The translations under genes were made by a program, and so were the position numbers. A DNA stretch of 64,000 bases from Anaeramoeba ignava BMAN. Taxonomy: Eukaryota; Protista; Anaeramoebae. The stretch is from assembly GCA_028826165.1 (NCBI GenBank), contig JAPDFW010000147.1, positions 248,001 through 312,000 on the forward strand, read 5' to 3'. Shown here piece after piece: positions 35,371 through 48,095 of the stretch (the stretch's first letter is position 1; each line of letters opens with the position of its first letter). Below the pieces are notes generated by a model that was given only the letters and a program-made list of their open reading frames with translations, did not search any database and was not told where the DNA came from.

Positions 35371-38300
35371 TTAAAAAAAACCTTTTTTCTTTTGAGTTAA
35401 TTGACGAATATTTGACAAAAACTCACTTGAATTATTTGTTAGTTGATTTGATCTAATTTCAAGATTTTCAATTTTTTCTCCTCTTTCTAACAATTTATCA
35501 CGAGCTTGAGAAATTTGACCCAAAGCATCATTTCCATCAATTTTATCATCAATTGGTTTCAAAGTTGAATCATTTTGAAAAAGTGAAGATGAAAATGTTT
35601 CTTCCTTTTGAGGTTTTTTTTGAGTATATTGTTTTTCACCAAAAGATTTATAAAATTCAGTTAAAGTAACTTTTTTGTTTTTTGATTTTAAAGTAGAATT
35701 TGGTAATTTTTTGGGTTGTTTCACTTGAATTGAAGTGGAATAAAGTGACGGTAAAGATTCTGGAATTGAAAGATAATTTTCATTTTTTAATAAAGAAGAT
35801 TGTCCAAATTCTGATGATTTTGTTACCCAAAAAATTCGACCATCTTTTAAAAAATCAAACAAAGAATCATTAAATGCTTTTTGAGGAATTTCGAGCGATT
35901 GTTTTAAATTTATTGAGAAAACTTCGTCAAGTTTTAATAAAGAAATCATTTTAATGTTTTGGATCAAATGATTTTTTTCACTATAAGTAAATAATATCAA
36001 TCCATTCTTTATATTTTGATTTGGGTTATTTTGGTTCAAAAGTTCATCTAAATTTTGTTTTTGATTTTGTTTTAAATTTCCTGAAATATTTAGAATTGAA
36101 GCTTGCGTGATAATTTCTTCAAATTCTATTTTCCCAACATTCTCAAGTTTGGAATTGATCAAAAATATTGTTTTTTCAAAGCAAATGAGATAATAATAAG
36201 CAGGAATTTCTGGAATTTTTACATCTTTTATAATTTCAATTTTTTCAATTTCACTTCCAAATTCATTTAAAAGAAACACTTTTATAATTTTTTGGTTGAT
36301 ATTAAGCTTGTTCAAAACATTGAGATCAATTAATTCACCTGAAGAAACATCCAGTAATTGAATTTTTCCATTTTCAAATCCAATGAAAGCAATATTTACT
36401 TGTTTAATTTCCTTTTTTTTTCCTATTGGGACTTGAAACAATTGAATGAATGATATTTTGTTTTCTCCATAATTTTTAAAATGAATAACTGGAGATTCTT
36501 TTGAAATGGAAACAACACAAACATTTCCTGAAATATCTGATGTTATTAAGAGTTGATTTTCATCTACAACCAAAACTTTCATTTGGTTTAAATTTGTTTT
36601 ATGTATTTTGAATAATTGAGTAATATAATAATTGCTTTTTTCTGCTTTTTCATTTTGATTTTCTTCTTTTTTATTTTCTTTTTTTGATTCTTCTTGTTTT
36701 GGATTTTCTTTTTCATTTTCTTTTTTTGGATTTTGATTTTGATTTTCTTCTTTTTTTGATTCTTCTTTTTTTGGATTTTCTTTTTTCCAATTTTTTTCTT
36801 CTTTTTGAAGAACTAATGGTTTTCTTCTTGGAGAATTTGGTTTATCTCCTTTTTTATCTTCTTTTTTATCTTCTTTTTTCTCTTCTTTTTATCTTGTTTT
36901 TTATCTTGTTTTTTATCTTTTTTTTTATCTTGCTTTTTATTTTGTTTTTTATTTTGTTTTTTATCTTTCTTTTGTTCTAATTGTTTTTCATATTCAATAA
37001 TTTTGGAAGAATCAATAATTTTGAAAGAATCAATAATCTCCTCTTGATCATAATAAGTAAGTAAAATAACTTCTCCACTTTTAAATGAAACAAAAAGATG
37101 TTCTGAATTTGGTTCAAATATAAAATCAAAAATTGTTGAATCCAATGGTTTTGGAATATTTTTCTCTTCCAAATATTTTAAAATATCACATTCACATATA
37201 AAAAGTAAAGCAAATGTTGAAGCATCCCAAAATCTAATAAAAGAATCTTGATGACTAAATAATAAATAATAAATCAAAAATAAATAATAAATAAATTGGA
37301 ATTTTGTTTTTTTGTTTTTACGCTGTAATTATAACTGTTGATGGTTTTGATTCATAATGATTTGAAAAATCTCCTCCATTAAATGGCCAAAAACTTTCAT
37401 TTTTATTACGAGATCCCATCCATGATAAAGAAAGTGAAACAAGAAAAGTTTCAGAAATTTGATAATAAACTTTCATTGCTAATATTGGTGATATTTTTCC
37501 ACGAAAATGATAAGGAATCTCCATAAAGGAAATATTTTGATTCCTAAATTAAAAGAAATATTTGATTTGAATATTGATTCAAAATATTTCAATTATAAAT
37601 TTATACTTTGAACTATTTTCAATATAAAATGTTGTTTTTCCTGATTTATAAAGTAGAATTAATGCATCTGGTGTTTGAATTTCATTTAACCAAGGAGAAG
37701 AAAAAAATCCAGAAAAGGAAATTAAATCATCTTTTTTTTGGGTTGATTGAATGATTTGAATTTTAGAGAATTGTTTCATTTGTTTGTTGTGATTAAGAAT
37801 AATAACACCATGATTTTGATTTTCTTTATCTTTTTGATTTTCTTTATCTTTTTCTTTATCTTTTTCTTTATCTTTTTCTTTATCTTTTTCTTTATCTTTT
37901 TCTTTTTCTTTTTCTTTTTGATTTTGATTTTCTTTTTCTTTTTCTTTTTTTTCTTTTTGATTTTGATTTTGATTTTGATTTTATTTTTATTTTTTTTTTT
38001 CATTATCTTTTTGATTTTGATTTTTTGATTTTGATTTTGATTTTGATTTTTGATTTAGATTTTGATTTAGATTTTGATTTTGATTTTGATTTTGATTTTC
38101 TTTATCTTTATGCTTGTGTTTATGTTTATGTTTATGTTTATGTTTGTGTTTATGCTCTTTTTTCAATGCTGTTTTATGAATAAAAATTTCTCCATAACCT
38201 GATTTCCTATAAAAATAATTAAACCATCAATTAAAAATGAAGAAAAATATTCCTTAACAAATTAAAAAATACTTTTTAGACTGAGTCCAAAAAAGATTTT

Positions 38301-39887
38301 GAATTGAAGTTTTTTGATCCGATTCTGAAAATATAAAAATAGGTTTTGGTTTTGAAATATCCCAAATTGCAACAGAACCATTATTATAACCACTAACAAA
38401 ATATTTTGCATCCCATCTGAAAAATAAACAATTAAGACTAAGTTGTGAATTTTGATTTTTTTCTTCTTCAAGAATAAATTCTTTGATAACAATATTTTTC
38501 TCTAAATTAAATATAATTGCAAGATTATTTGAATATCCAATCAATATTATTTTTTCATCAACTGGTGATATTTGAATTCCAACAACTGCTTTTTTATTTT
38601 GTGAATTAATCATATTTTTGATTTTTGGATTGATTTTTGATAAAACATAATCATATTCAATTGAAAAATTGGAAAATCTTAATGTTTCCATATTCATTAC
38701 AAGAATATTCCCTTCATTTGTTCCCAAATGAAAAAAAGGAGAATTAAAAGTGCAACAAAGTGATGTTATTCTATTTTAATTTAAATTTTTGATTTTAATT
38801 TTGATTTTAATTTTAATTTTGATTTCAATTTTAATTTTGATTTTGATTTTTAAATTTTAATTTTAATTTAAATTTTAATTTTGATTTTGATTTTGATTTT
38901 GATATTAATTTTGATTTTAATTTTGAATTTTAATTTTAATTTTGATTTTAATTTTAATTTTGATTTTAATTTTAATTTTGATTTTGATTTTGATTTTGAT
39001 TTTTGATATTAATTTTGATTTTAATATTGATTTTAATTTTAATTTTAATTTTGATTTTGATTTTAAATTTTGATTTTAATTTTAATTTTGATTTTAATTT
39101 TAATTTTAATTTTAATTTTAATTTTAATTTTAATTTTGATTTTAATTTTAATTTTGATTTTGATTTTGATTTTAATTTTAATTTTGATTTTAATTTTGAT
39201 TTTGATTTTAATTTTAATTTAAATTTTAATTTTAATTTTGATTTTGATTTTGATTTTAAATTTTGATTTTAATTTTAATTTTAATTTTAAATTTTGGTTT
39301 TAATTTTAAATTTTAATTTTAATTTTAATTTTAATATTGATTTGATTTTGATTTTAATTTTAATTTTAATTTTGATTTTGATTTTGATATTAATTTTTAA
39401 TTTTGATTTAAATTTTGATTTTTTACTGATCTTCAGAATTTATTGAATTTGAAAAAGATCTAGTTTCTAAAGACCATAAAATAATCATACTTCTTATTTT
39501 TTGAGAATTTTCTTCTTTAAAATCTGAAATTGAAATTAAAACACCTTGATTTAAATGAAATTGTAATAATTTAATAGGTTTTTCACTAAAAACTGAAGAT
39601 AAAATATATTCAACATTTGGTTTTCCAAATCTAAAAAAAACGGAAAAAAAATATTTTTTAAATTTAAAATTTTGCTTTAAATTTCTTTTTAATTCTTTTT
39701 ACATTTTAATTGAACCACTTTTTGTTCCAATTGCAAAAATAGATTGAACAGAATCAATTGCAACTACAGTTGGATTTGAAATAAACCCATGATGAGTTGT
39801 TGAGCGTAAATTAAATAATCTTTTAGTAATTTGTGAATCATGTAACTTAATTTGTTTTCGAAAAGTATTTTTAATAGTTTTAAGCAT
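35371..39887 (-). CDS. Tomosyn/Lgl/Sro7-family WD40 protein with a C-terminal R-SNARE motif; introns 39631-39702, 38771-39426, 38207-38272, 37544-37606, 37255-37321; one frameshift near 36888 and two in-frame TAA at 37981-37989
   Basis: HHGF..PT.VAIDSVQSIFAIGTKSGSIK/IFGKPNVE N-terminus, AHQDSFIRFWD, and C-terminal QARDKLLERGEKIENLEIRSNQLTNNSSEF (R-SNARE). Confidence 0.85.
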
Positions 39888-39974
39888 TTTAAATTCAAAA
39901 ACAAAATGAAAAAAATGAAAAAAAATTAAAAATGGAAAAATTTTTTTGTTTTGTTTTTTCATTTTGATCTTTAA

Positions 39975-40285
39975 ATTTAATTTTGATTTTAATTTTAATT
40001 TTAATTTTAATTTTTAATTTTAATTTTTATTTGGATTTTAATTTTAATTTTAATTTTAATTTTAATTTTAATTTTAATTTTAATTTTAATTTTAATTTTA
40101 ATTTTGATTTTAATTTTAATTTTAATTTTAATTTTAATTTTAATTTTAATTTTAATTTTAATTTTAAATTTTAATTTTAATTTTAATTTTAATTTTAATT
40201 TTGATTTTGATTTTAATTTTAATTTTAATTTTGATTTTAATTTTAATTTTGATTTTGATTTTAATTTTGATTTTAATTATTAATT
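39975..40285. repeat. (ttttaa/ttttga)n microsatellite abutting the stop codon of RCC1-BTB paralog B
   Basis: Directly visible. Confidence 0.9.
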
Positions 40286-42163
40286 TTAATTTTGATTATT
40301 AAATTTGTTAATTAATAAATTCAATAAATTTGGATTTGTTTGATTAAATTTTTTGATAAATTCCTTTGTTTTTTTCTTTTCTTCATTTTGATTATTAAAT
40401 TTGTTAATTAATAAATCAAATAAATTTGGATTTGTTTGATTTAATTGAAAATAATCAATTCCAATTTTAATTTCATCAATTATTTCTTGTGTAATTTCAA
40501 TTTCATCTTTAATTTGATTTGAATAAATCCAATATTCAAATATTTGAAATGATTTATTACTTAATTCACTATAATCTGTAACTTTATTAGATTTATCTTC
40601 TGTAACAGATAAAAACATTCCTCGATATAATTCACTTCTCATTATTAATATTAATTTGGGAAATTTATATTGTTTTTCTTTTCTTTCAATAATAAAATCT
40701 TTTTCATTTTTTTCATTTTCATTTAAATAAATTCTTTTCATTGTTTCTTCAATTTTTTCATTTGAATTTATAATTTCTTTAATTTCAGAATATAATTTTG
40801 GATTTATTTTGGAATTGTTTGAATAAATCATTTCAAATATTTGATTTGATTCTTTAATTGATTTATTTGAAATAATTTCTTGAAGTTTTTCAATTTCATT
40901 TTGATTTTGATTTAATCTATAATTTAATATTAATTTATGAGCTTCAATTATTTCTCCATTTTCGGTTTTAAATGAAATATTACAAAATTCTTTTCTTCTA
41001 AATAATTTTATCAAATCTTCTTCAAGATTGGAAAAAGGAGGAGAATAATAAAGAAATGAATTATCAAATCCACAAGAAATATGATAATTAGAAATATTTT
41101 CATTAAATCTTAATTTAGGAAGTTTAATTTGAATTGGAATTAATTGATCGTTTGTATCTCCAGTTCCTAATTGGCCATAATAATTCCTTCCAAATACTAT
41201 TAGTTTTGAATTGGAAGTTAAAATCAAAGCATGAACTTGTCCAACAGAAAAATCAAGAATATTATCATCATTTTCAAATAAAGATGATTTGATTTCAGTA
41301 AATTCATAAGTACTTTCAAATTTACCAAGTCCATTAGATGAATAAAATCCACATGAATAAAGTTTTCTTTTTGGATTTTGATTTTCATTTTCAATCAACA
41401 TTATTGAATGAAAAAATCCAGATTGAATATCAATTATTTTGCCTTTTGGAATATTTTGGATTTTGGTTAATTTTTGGATTTTTTTTTCTTTTCTTCTTGA
41501 TTCTCCTAATCCAAGTTGACCATAACTATTCCAACCACATCCAAATAATTCTTGATTTGAAGTTAAAAGAAAAATAGAATTTGAAAAATTTCCTGAAAAT
41601 ATTTTAGAAACATTTTTCATCATTAAAATTGGTTTTTCTGTTTTTTTAAGTGTTTCAGAATCAAAACCAAGTTGACCATATTGATTTGAACCAATTCCAT
41701 AAACATTATGATTTGAAGTTAATAAGTAAATTGAATTGTATCCAGAAACAACATCTTCAATTATTCTATCATTTTTATCTTCAATTAATGATGAAATATT
41801 GATAAATTCTTTTGGATTATTTGAATTAATATCTTTTCCTTTAGCAAATACATTTCCTTCTATTGTTAAAATAGCTTCATTCGAATAACCAACAGTTACT
41901 TTTTGAATATTTTCTTCAATTTGGATTTTTGAAGGATTTTGTTTTGAATTATTTTCTCTTAAATATTCTATTGCTTTTCCATTTTTAAAAAGGAAAATTG
42001 TTGAAAAATTTCCTGATGAAATTTGTTTAATTTGTTTTTCATTTTCATTTTCATTTTCATTTTCATTTTCAAATTTAAATTGAATTGGTTTTATTATTTT
42101 TTCTGATTTATTTTTGAAAAGTTTTGGATAATTATTTTGACCAAAAAATAAACAATCATTCAT
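40286..42163 (-). CDS. RCC1-repeat + tandem BTB protein (paralog B)
   Basis: Intact 625 aa ORF, highly similar to 6976-8745. Confidence 0.9.
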   Translation of the reverse strand: MNDCLFFGQNNYPKLFKNKSEKIIKPIQFKFENENENENENEKQIKQISSGNFSTIFLFKNGKAIEYLRENNSKQNPSKIQIEENIQKVTVGYSNEAILTIEGNVFAKGKDINSNNPKEFINISSLIEDKNDRIIEDVVSGYNSIYLLTSNHNVYGIGSNQYGQLGFDSETLKKTEKPILMMKNVSKIFSGNFSNSIFLLTSNQELFGCGWNSYGQLGLGESRRKEKKIQKLTKIQNIPKGKIIDIQSGFFHSIMLIENENQNPKRKLYSCGFYSSNGLGKFESTYEFTEIKSSLFENDDNILDFSVGQVHALILTSNSKLIVFGRNYYGQLGTGDTNDQLIPIQIKLPKLRFNENISNYHISCGFDNSFLYYSPPFSNLEEDLIKLFRRKEFCNISFKTENGEIIEAHKLILNYRLNQNQNEIEKLQEIISNKSIKESNQIFEMIYSNNSKINPKLYSEIKEIINSNEKIEETMKRIYLNENEKNEKDFIIERKEKQYKFPKLILIMRSELYRGMFLSVTEDKSNKVTDYSELSNKSFQIFEYWIYSNQIKDEIEITQEIIDEIKIGIDYFQLNQTNPNLFDLLINKFNNQNEEKKKTKEFIKKFNQTNPNLLNLLINKFNNQN

Positions 42164-42194
42164 TTTTAAAAAAGAAAAAAAATGAAAAAATGAT

Positions 42195-42306
42195 TTTTGG
42201 ATTTTAAATTTTAATTTTAATTTTAATTTTAATTTTAATTTTAATTTTAATTTTAATTTTAATTTTAATTTTAATTTTAATTTTAATTTTAATTTTAATT
42301 TTAATT
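42195..42306. repeat. (ttttaa)n microsatellite between the tandem RCC1-BTB genes
   Basis: Directly visible; abuts the stop codon of paralog C. Confidence 0.9.
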
Positions 42307-44101
42307 TTAATTTTGATTATTAAATTTATTAATTAATAAATCAAATAAATTTGGATTTGTTTGATTTAATTGAAAATAATCAATTCCAATTTTAATTTCA
42401 TTAATAATTTCTTGTGTAATTTGAATTTCATCTTTAATTTGATTTGAATAAATCCAATATTCAAATATTTGAAATGATTTATTACTTAATTCACTATAAT
42501 CTGTAACTTTATTTGATTTATCTTCTGTTACAGATAAAAACATTCCTCGATATAATTCACTTCTCATTATTAATATTAATTTAGGAAATTTATATTGTTT
42601 TTCTTTTCTTTCAATTATAAAATCTTTTTCATTTTCATTTTCATTTTCATTTAAATAAATTCTTTTCATTGTTTCTTCAATTTTTTCATTTAAATTTATA
42701 ATTTCTTTAATTTCAGAATATAATTTTGAATTTATTATTCTGTTTGAATAAATCATTTCAAATATTTGATTTGATTCTTTAATTGATTTTTGAAATAATT
42801 TCTTGAAGTTTTTCAATTTCATTTTGATTTTGATTTAATCTATATTTCAATATTAATTTATGAGCTTCAATTATTTCTCCATTTTCTGTTTTAAATGAAA
42901 TATCACAAAATTCTTTTCTTCTAAATAGATTTATCAAATCTTCTTCAAGATTGGAAAAAGGAGGAGAATAATAAAGAAATGATTTATCAAATCCACAAGA
43001 AATATGATAATTAGAAATATTTTCATTAAATCTTAATTCAGGAAGTTCAATTTGAATTGGATTTGATTGATAATTTGTATTTCCAGTTCCTAATTGGCCA
43101 TATAAATTATTTCCAAATACTATTAATTTTGGTTTGGAAGTTAAAATCAAAGCATGAACTTGTCCAACAGAAAAATCAAGAATATTATCATCATTTTCAA
43201 ATAAAGATGATTTGATTTCAGTAAATTCATAAGTACTTTCATCTTTGCCAAGTCCATTACATGGATAATTTCCACATGAATAAAGTTTTCTTTTTGGATT
43301 TTGATTTTGATTTTCATTTTCAATCATCATTATTGAATGAAAAAATCCTGATTGAATATCAATTATTTTACCTTTTGGAATATTTTGGATTTTGGTTAAT
43401 TTTTGGATTTCTGTTTCTTTTCTTGATTCTCCTAATCCAAGTTGACCATAACTATTCCAACCACATCCAAATAATTCTTGATTTGAATTTAAAAGAAAAA
43501 CATAATTCGAAGTATTTCCTGAAAATATTTTAGAAACATTTCTCATCATTAAAATTGGTTTTTCTGTATTTGGAAGTGTTTTAGAATTAAAACCAAGTTG
43601 ACTAAATTGATTTAAACCAATTCCATAAACATTTTGATTTGAAGTTAATAAATAAATTGAATTGTATCCAGAAACAATATCTTCAATTATTCTATCATTT
43701 TTATCTTCAATTAATGATGAAATATTGATAAATTCTTTTGGATTATTTGAATTAATATCTTTTCCTTTGGCAAATACATTTCCTTCTAATGTTAAAATAG
43801 CTTCATTCGAATAACAAACAGTTACTTTTTGAATATTTTCTTCAATTTGAATTTTTTGAGGATTTTGTTTTGAATTATTTTCATTTAAATATTCTATTGC
43901 TTTTCCATTTTTAAAAAGGAAAATTGTTGAAAAATTTCCTGATGAAATTTGTTTAATTTGTTTTTCATTTTCATTTTCATTTTCATTTTCATTTTCATTT
44001 TCATTTTCAAATTTAAATTGAATTGGTTTTTTTATTATTTCTGGTTCATTTTTGATAATTTTTGGATATTGATTTTGACCAAAAAATAAACAATCATTCA
44101 T
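42307..44101 (-). CDS. RCC1-repeat + tandem BTB protein (paralog C), frameshift at about 42787-42791 (5 T where paralog A has 7)
   Basis: ORFs 42779-44101 and 42307-42822 are colinear with paralogs A and B. Confidence 0.88.
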
Positions 44102-44181
44102 TTTTGAAAAAGAAAAAAATGAAATTTTAATTTTTTATTTTTCATTTTTCATTTTTCTCATTTTTTTTCAATTAATTTTAA

Positions 44182-47100
44182 ATGTTAAGTCATACACAAT
44201 GGGTTAAAATTGAACTTAAAAAAGAAACATCAAAAATTTGGTAAATAATAATAAATAATAAATAATAAATAATTAATAATTAATAATAAATAATAAATAA
44301 TAAAAGGGCACATAGAGCTGTTAAAGTTGGAAATTTATTTTATATTTATGGAGGTTATTCAGATTCATATTTTTTTTCACCAGATCTATTTGTAATAAAT
44401 CTTGATACTTTTGAAGTTGAAACTTATCGAGCGCCAGAAAATTGTAGCCCTAACAAAAGATATGGACATATTATGTTCTATCACGATTCAGAAATATGGA
44501 TTCAAGGAGGATCATCAACAACCTTAAGTTCAAATTTTCTGATTTTTAACATCAGTAATAAACAGTGGAGGATTTATGAACCAACACCAGCACCACCTCC
44601 ACGATATGATCACTCGCACATTTTGCACAATGGTAATCTCTATATTTTTGGAGGAGGAACTGGAAATGACAACTTTTTTAATGATTTTTGGATCTTTAAC
44701 TTCGAAAAGCAAAAATGGGAACAGATTTTCTCAAAGGGTGATATTCCTTCTCAAAGAGTTTCTGCTACTCTTCAACCTTATAAGGATGGTTTTTATATTT
44801 TTGGTGGAAAGGAAAAAGGTGGTGATAGAAAAAATGATCTTCATTTTTATGATTTTGTTACTAATAAATGGAGTCTTGTTAAAACTCTTGGTGATCCTCC
44901 TCCTCCAAGAACTGGTCATTGTTCTTTTCTTTATAACTCAAAAGTAGATTACTATTCAATTCAATTTGAAAATTTTATTTAAAAATTTATTTAAAATTTA
45001 TTTAAAAATTTATTTAAAAATTGATTTAAAAATTGATTTAAAATTGATTTAAAAATCGATTTAAAAATTTATTTAAAAATTTATATAAAAATTTATTTAA
45101 AACTTTATTTAAAAATTTATTTAAAAATTGAAAATTTATTTAAAATTTATTTAAAAATTTATATATAAATTTATTTAAAAATTTATTTGAAATTTATTGA
45201 AAATTTATTTAAAAATTTATTTAAAATTTATTTAAAAATTATTTAAAAATTTATTTTAAAATTTATTTAAAAATTGATTTAAAAATTTATTTAAAACTTT
45301 ATTTAAAAATTTATTTAAAAATTGATTTAAAAATTTATTTAAAAATTTATTTAAAACTTTATTTAAAAATTTATTTAAAATTGATTTAAAAATTTATTTA
45401 AAAATTTATTTAAAAAATTTAAAAATTTATTTAAAAATTGATTTAAAAATTTTATTTAAAATTTATTTAAAAATTTATTTAAAAATTTATTTAAAATTTA
45501 TTTAAAAATTTATTTAAAAATTATTTGATTTAAAATTTATTTAAAAATTTATTTAAAAATTGATTTAAAAATTTATTTAAAATTTATTTGAAAATTTATT
45601 TTAAAAATTTATTTAAAAATTGATTTAAAAATTTATTTAAAATTTATTTAAAAATTTATTTAAAAATTTATTTAAAAATTGATTTTAAAATTTATTTAAA
45701 AATTGATTTAAAAATTTATTTAAAATTTATTTAAAAATTTATTTGAAAATTTATTTAAAATTTGAAATTTATTTAAAAATTATTTAAAACTTTATTTAAA
45801 AATTTATTTGAAAATTTATTTAAAAATTTATTTAAAAATTTATTTAAAAATTTATTTAAAACTTTATTTAAAAATTTATTTAAAAGTTTATTTAAAAATT
45901 TATTTAAAAATTGATTTAAAAATTTATTTAAAAATTTATTTAAAAATTTATTTAAAAATTTATTTAAAAATTTATTTAAAAATTGATTTGAAAATTTATT
46001 TAAAAATTTATTTGAAAATTTATTTAAAAATTATTTAAAAATTTATTTGAAAATTTATTTAAAAATTGATTTAAAAATTTATTTAAAAATTTATTTAAAA
46101 TTTATTTAAAAATTTATTTAAAAATTTATTTAAAAATTTGATTTAAAAATTTATTTAAAAATTTATTTAAAAATTTATTTGAAAATTTATTTAAAAATTT
46201 ATTTAAAAATTTATTTATAAATTGATTTAAAACTTTATTTAAAAATTTATTTAAAAATTGATTTAAAATTTAAAATTATTTAGTTATATGTGATGCAAGG
46301 ATGGAACGGAGGAGAACCATTTTCTGATATTCATTATTTAGATTTAATTACCAAAAGATGGAACATACTTGAGATGAAGGAACATCCAGATGCACGAGTT
46401 GCAGCAGGAGTATATTTCGACGCCGAATCAGCAACATTTTACATGCACGGAGGATATGTAAACAGTTGGAATTACTTGAACGATTTTTGGTGCCTTTCAT
46501 TAGACTCACCATCATTAACAAAAGATTTATTTAAAATGCTCAATTATTATAATTTATCACAAAAACAATTTGTTGATTTTCGAGAACTTTGTTTGCAAAT
46601 GCCTTTTTTACAAACTCGCTTGGATAGATATAAACAAAACTTCCTGGAGTTGTTAATAGCAAACCCCATCAACCAACATGCTTATCCTGTTCTTCTTTCT
46701 TATTTGATCACAGGAACTCTTTTATACGCGAAAATATCAACAAATTTTTCCGAAATTGAAAATGACTTACTTAATTTGACTAAAAATATCCCTATTTTTG
46801 AACCGCTTCAAAAATTATTGAAACATGAACCGAATTCTGTTTCACTTTCAAATCTGCAACTTACGAATGATTTGAAAATGTATTATTCAGAAGAATCAAC
46901 AAAGGATTTTTCGATCATTGTCGGTTCAGAACGAATTTGGGTTCATAAAGATATTTTGTATTCAAGAAGTGAGTTATTTCGTGGAATGTTTGAATCTGTT
47001 CTGCAGGAAAATCAAACTAACTTTGTTTCTGATTACAGTCAAAAAAGTATTGATTCAATTCGTGAATTCGTTTATTTTTTATATACTGATGAATTGAGAG

Positions 47101-47336
47101 ATTCTGTTTCTTTTAATGTTGCTTTGGAGTTGTTGGATTGTCCTGAATATTATGGTTTATCTTCAAAGAAAATTGCAAATTTGGCTCAATCTATTATTTC
47201 GGAAAATTTAACACTTGAAAATGTTGATAAAGCTTTAAAAATTGCAGAACAATTTGAAAAAGATAATTTGATTGAAATTTGTACAGATTTCAAAAGGAAG
47301 CATCAAAAACCCACTTCAAATCTAAATCAAAATTAG
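44182..47336 (+). CDS. Kelch-repeat + BTB protein (LZTR1-like architecture); exons 44182-44240, 44307-44943, 46284-47336
   Basis: Kelch motifs PPPRYDHS..LYIFGG...NDFWIF...W and PPPRTGH; C-terminal BTB DFSIIVG..IWVHKDILYSRSELFRGMF...YFLYTD. Introns are GT-AG. Confidence 0.9.
44960..46275. repeat. Intronic 12-mer satellite (aaaaatttattt)n
   Basis: Directly visible; fills the 1340-bp intron. Confidence 0.93.
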
Positions 47337-48000
47337 AATTAAAATCAAAATCAAAATCAGAATTAAAATTTAAATCAAAATCAAAATTAGAATTAAAATC
47401 AAAAATTAAAATTAAAATTAAAATTAAAATTAAAATTAAAATTAAAATTAAAATCAAAATCAAAATTAAAATTAAATTCAAAATCAAAATTAAAATTAAA
47501 ATTTAAATTTAAAATTAAAATTAAAATTAAAATTAAATAAATATCAAAATCAAAATTAAAATTAAAATTAAAATCAAAATCAAAATTAAAATCAAAATTA
47601 AAATCAAAATCAAAATTAAATTTAAATTTAAAATTAAAATTAAAATTCAAATCAAAATTAAAATTTAAATCAAAATCAAAATCAAAATTAAAATTTAAAT
47701 CAAAATCAAAATTAAAATTAAAATTAAAATCAAAATCAAAATTAAAATAAATTAAAATCAAAATTAAAATCTAAATTAAAATCAAAATCAAAATTAAAAT
47801 TAAAATTAAATTTAAATTTAAAATCTAAATTAAAATTAAAATTAAAATTAAAATTAAAATTAAAATTAAAATTAAAATTAAAATCAAAATCAAAAACTAA
47901 AATCAAAATTAAAATAAAAATTAAAATTAAAATTAAAATTAAAATCAAAATTAAAATTAAAAATTAAAATTAAAATTAAAATCAAAAATTAAAATTAAAT
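47337..48000. repeat. (aaaatt/aaaatc)n microsatellite immediately after the Kelch-BTB stop
   Basis: Directly visible. Confidence 0.9.
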
Positions 48001-48095
48001 TTAAAATAAAAAATTAAAATAAATGGAAAATTGATTAAAATTTTTTTTCATTTTTTTCTCTTTTCTTTTCTTTTCTTTTCTTTTGTTTTTTAAAA

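Noticed and set aside
37981-37989. TAA reassignment (hexamitid- or ciliate-type code)
   Set aside because: TAA terminates most genes in the window at the expected homologous C-termini (actin, H2B, Vps34, G-alpha).
1-47336. Functional Ras/trafficking gene cluster (NF1, LZTR1-like, RhoGAP, TBC, G-alpha, Vps34, tomosyn)
   Set aside because: Signalling genes are abundant in amoeboid protist genomes, and there is no evidence of co-regulation or conserved synteny.
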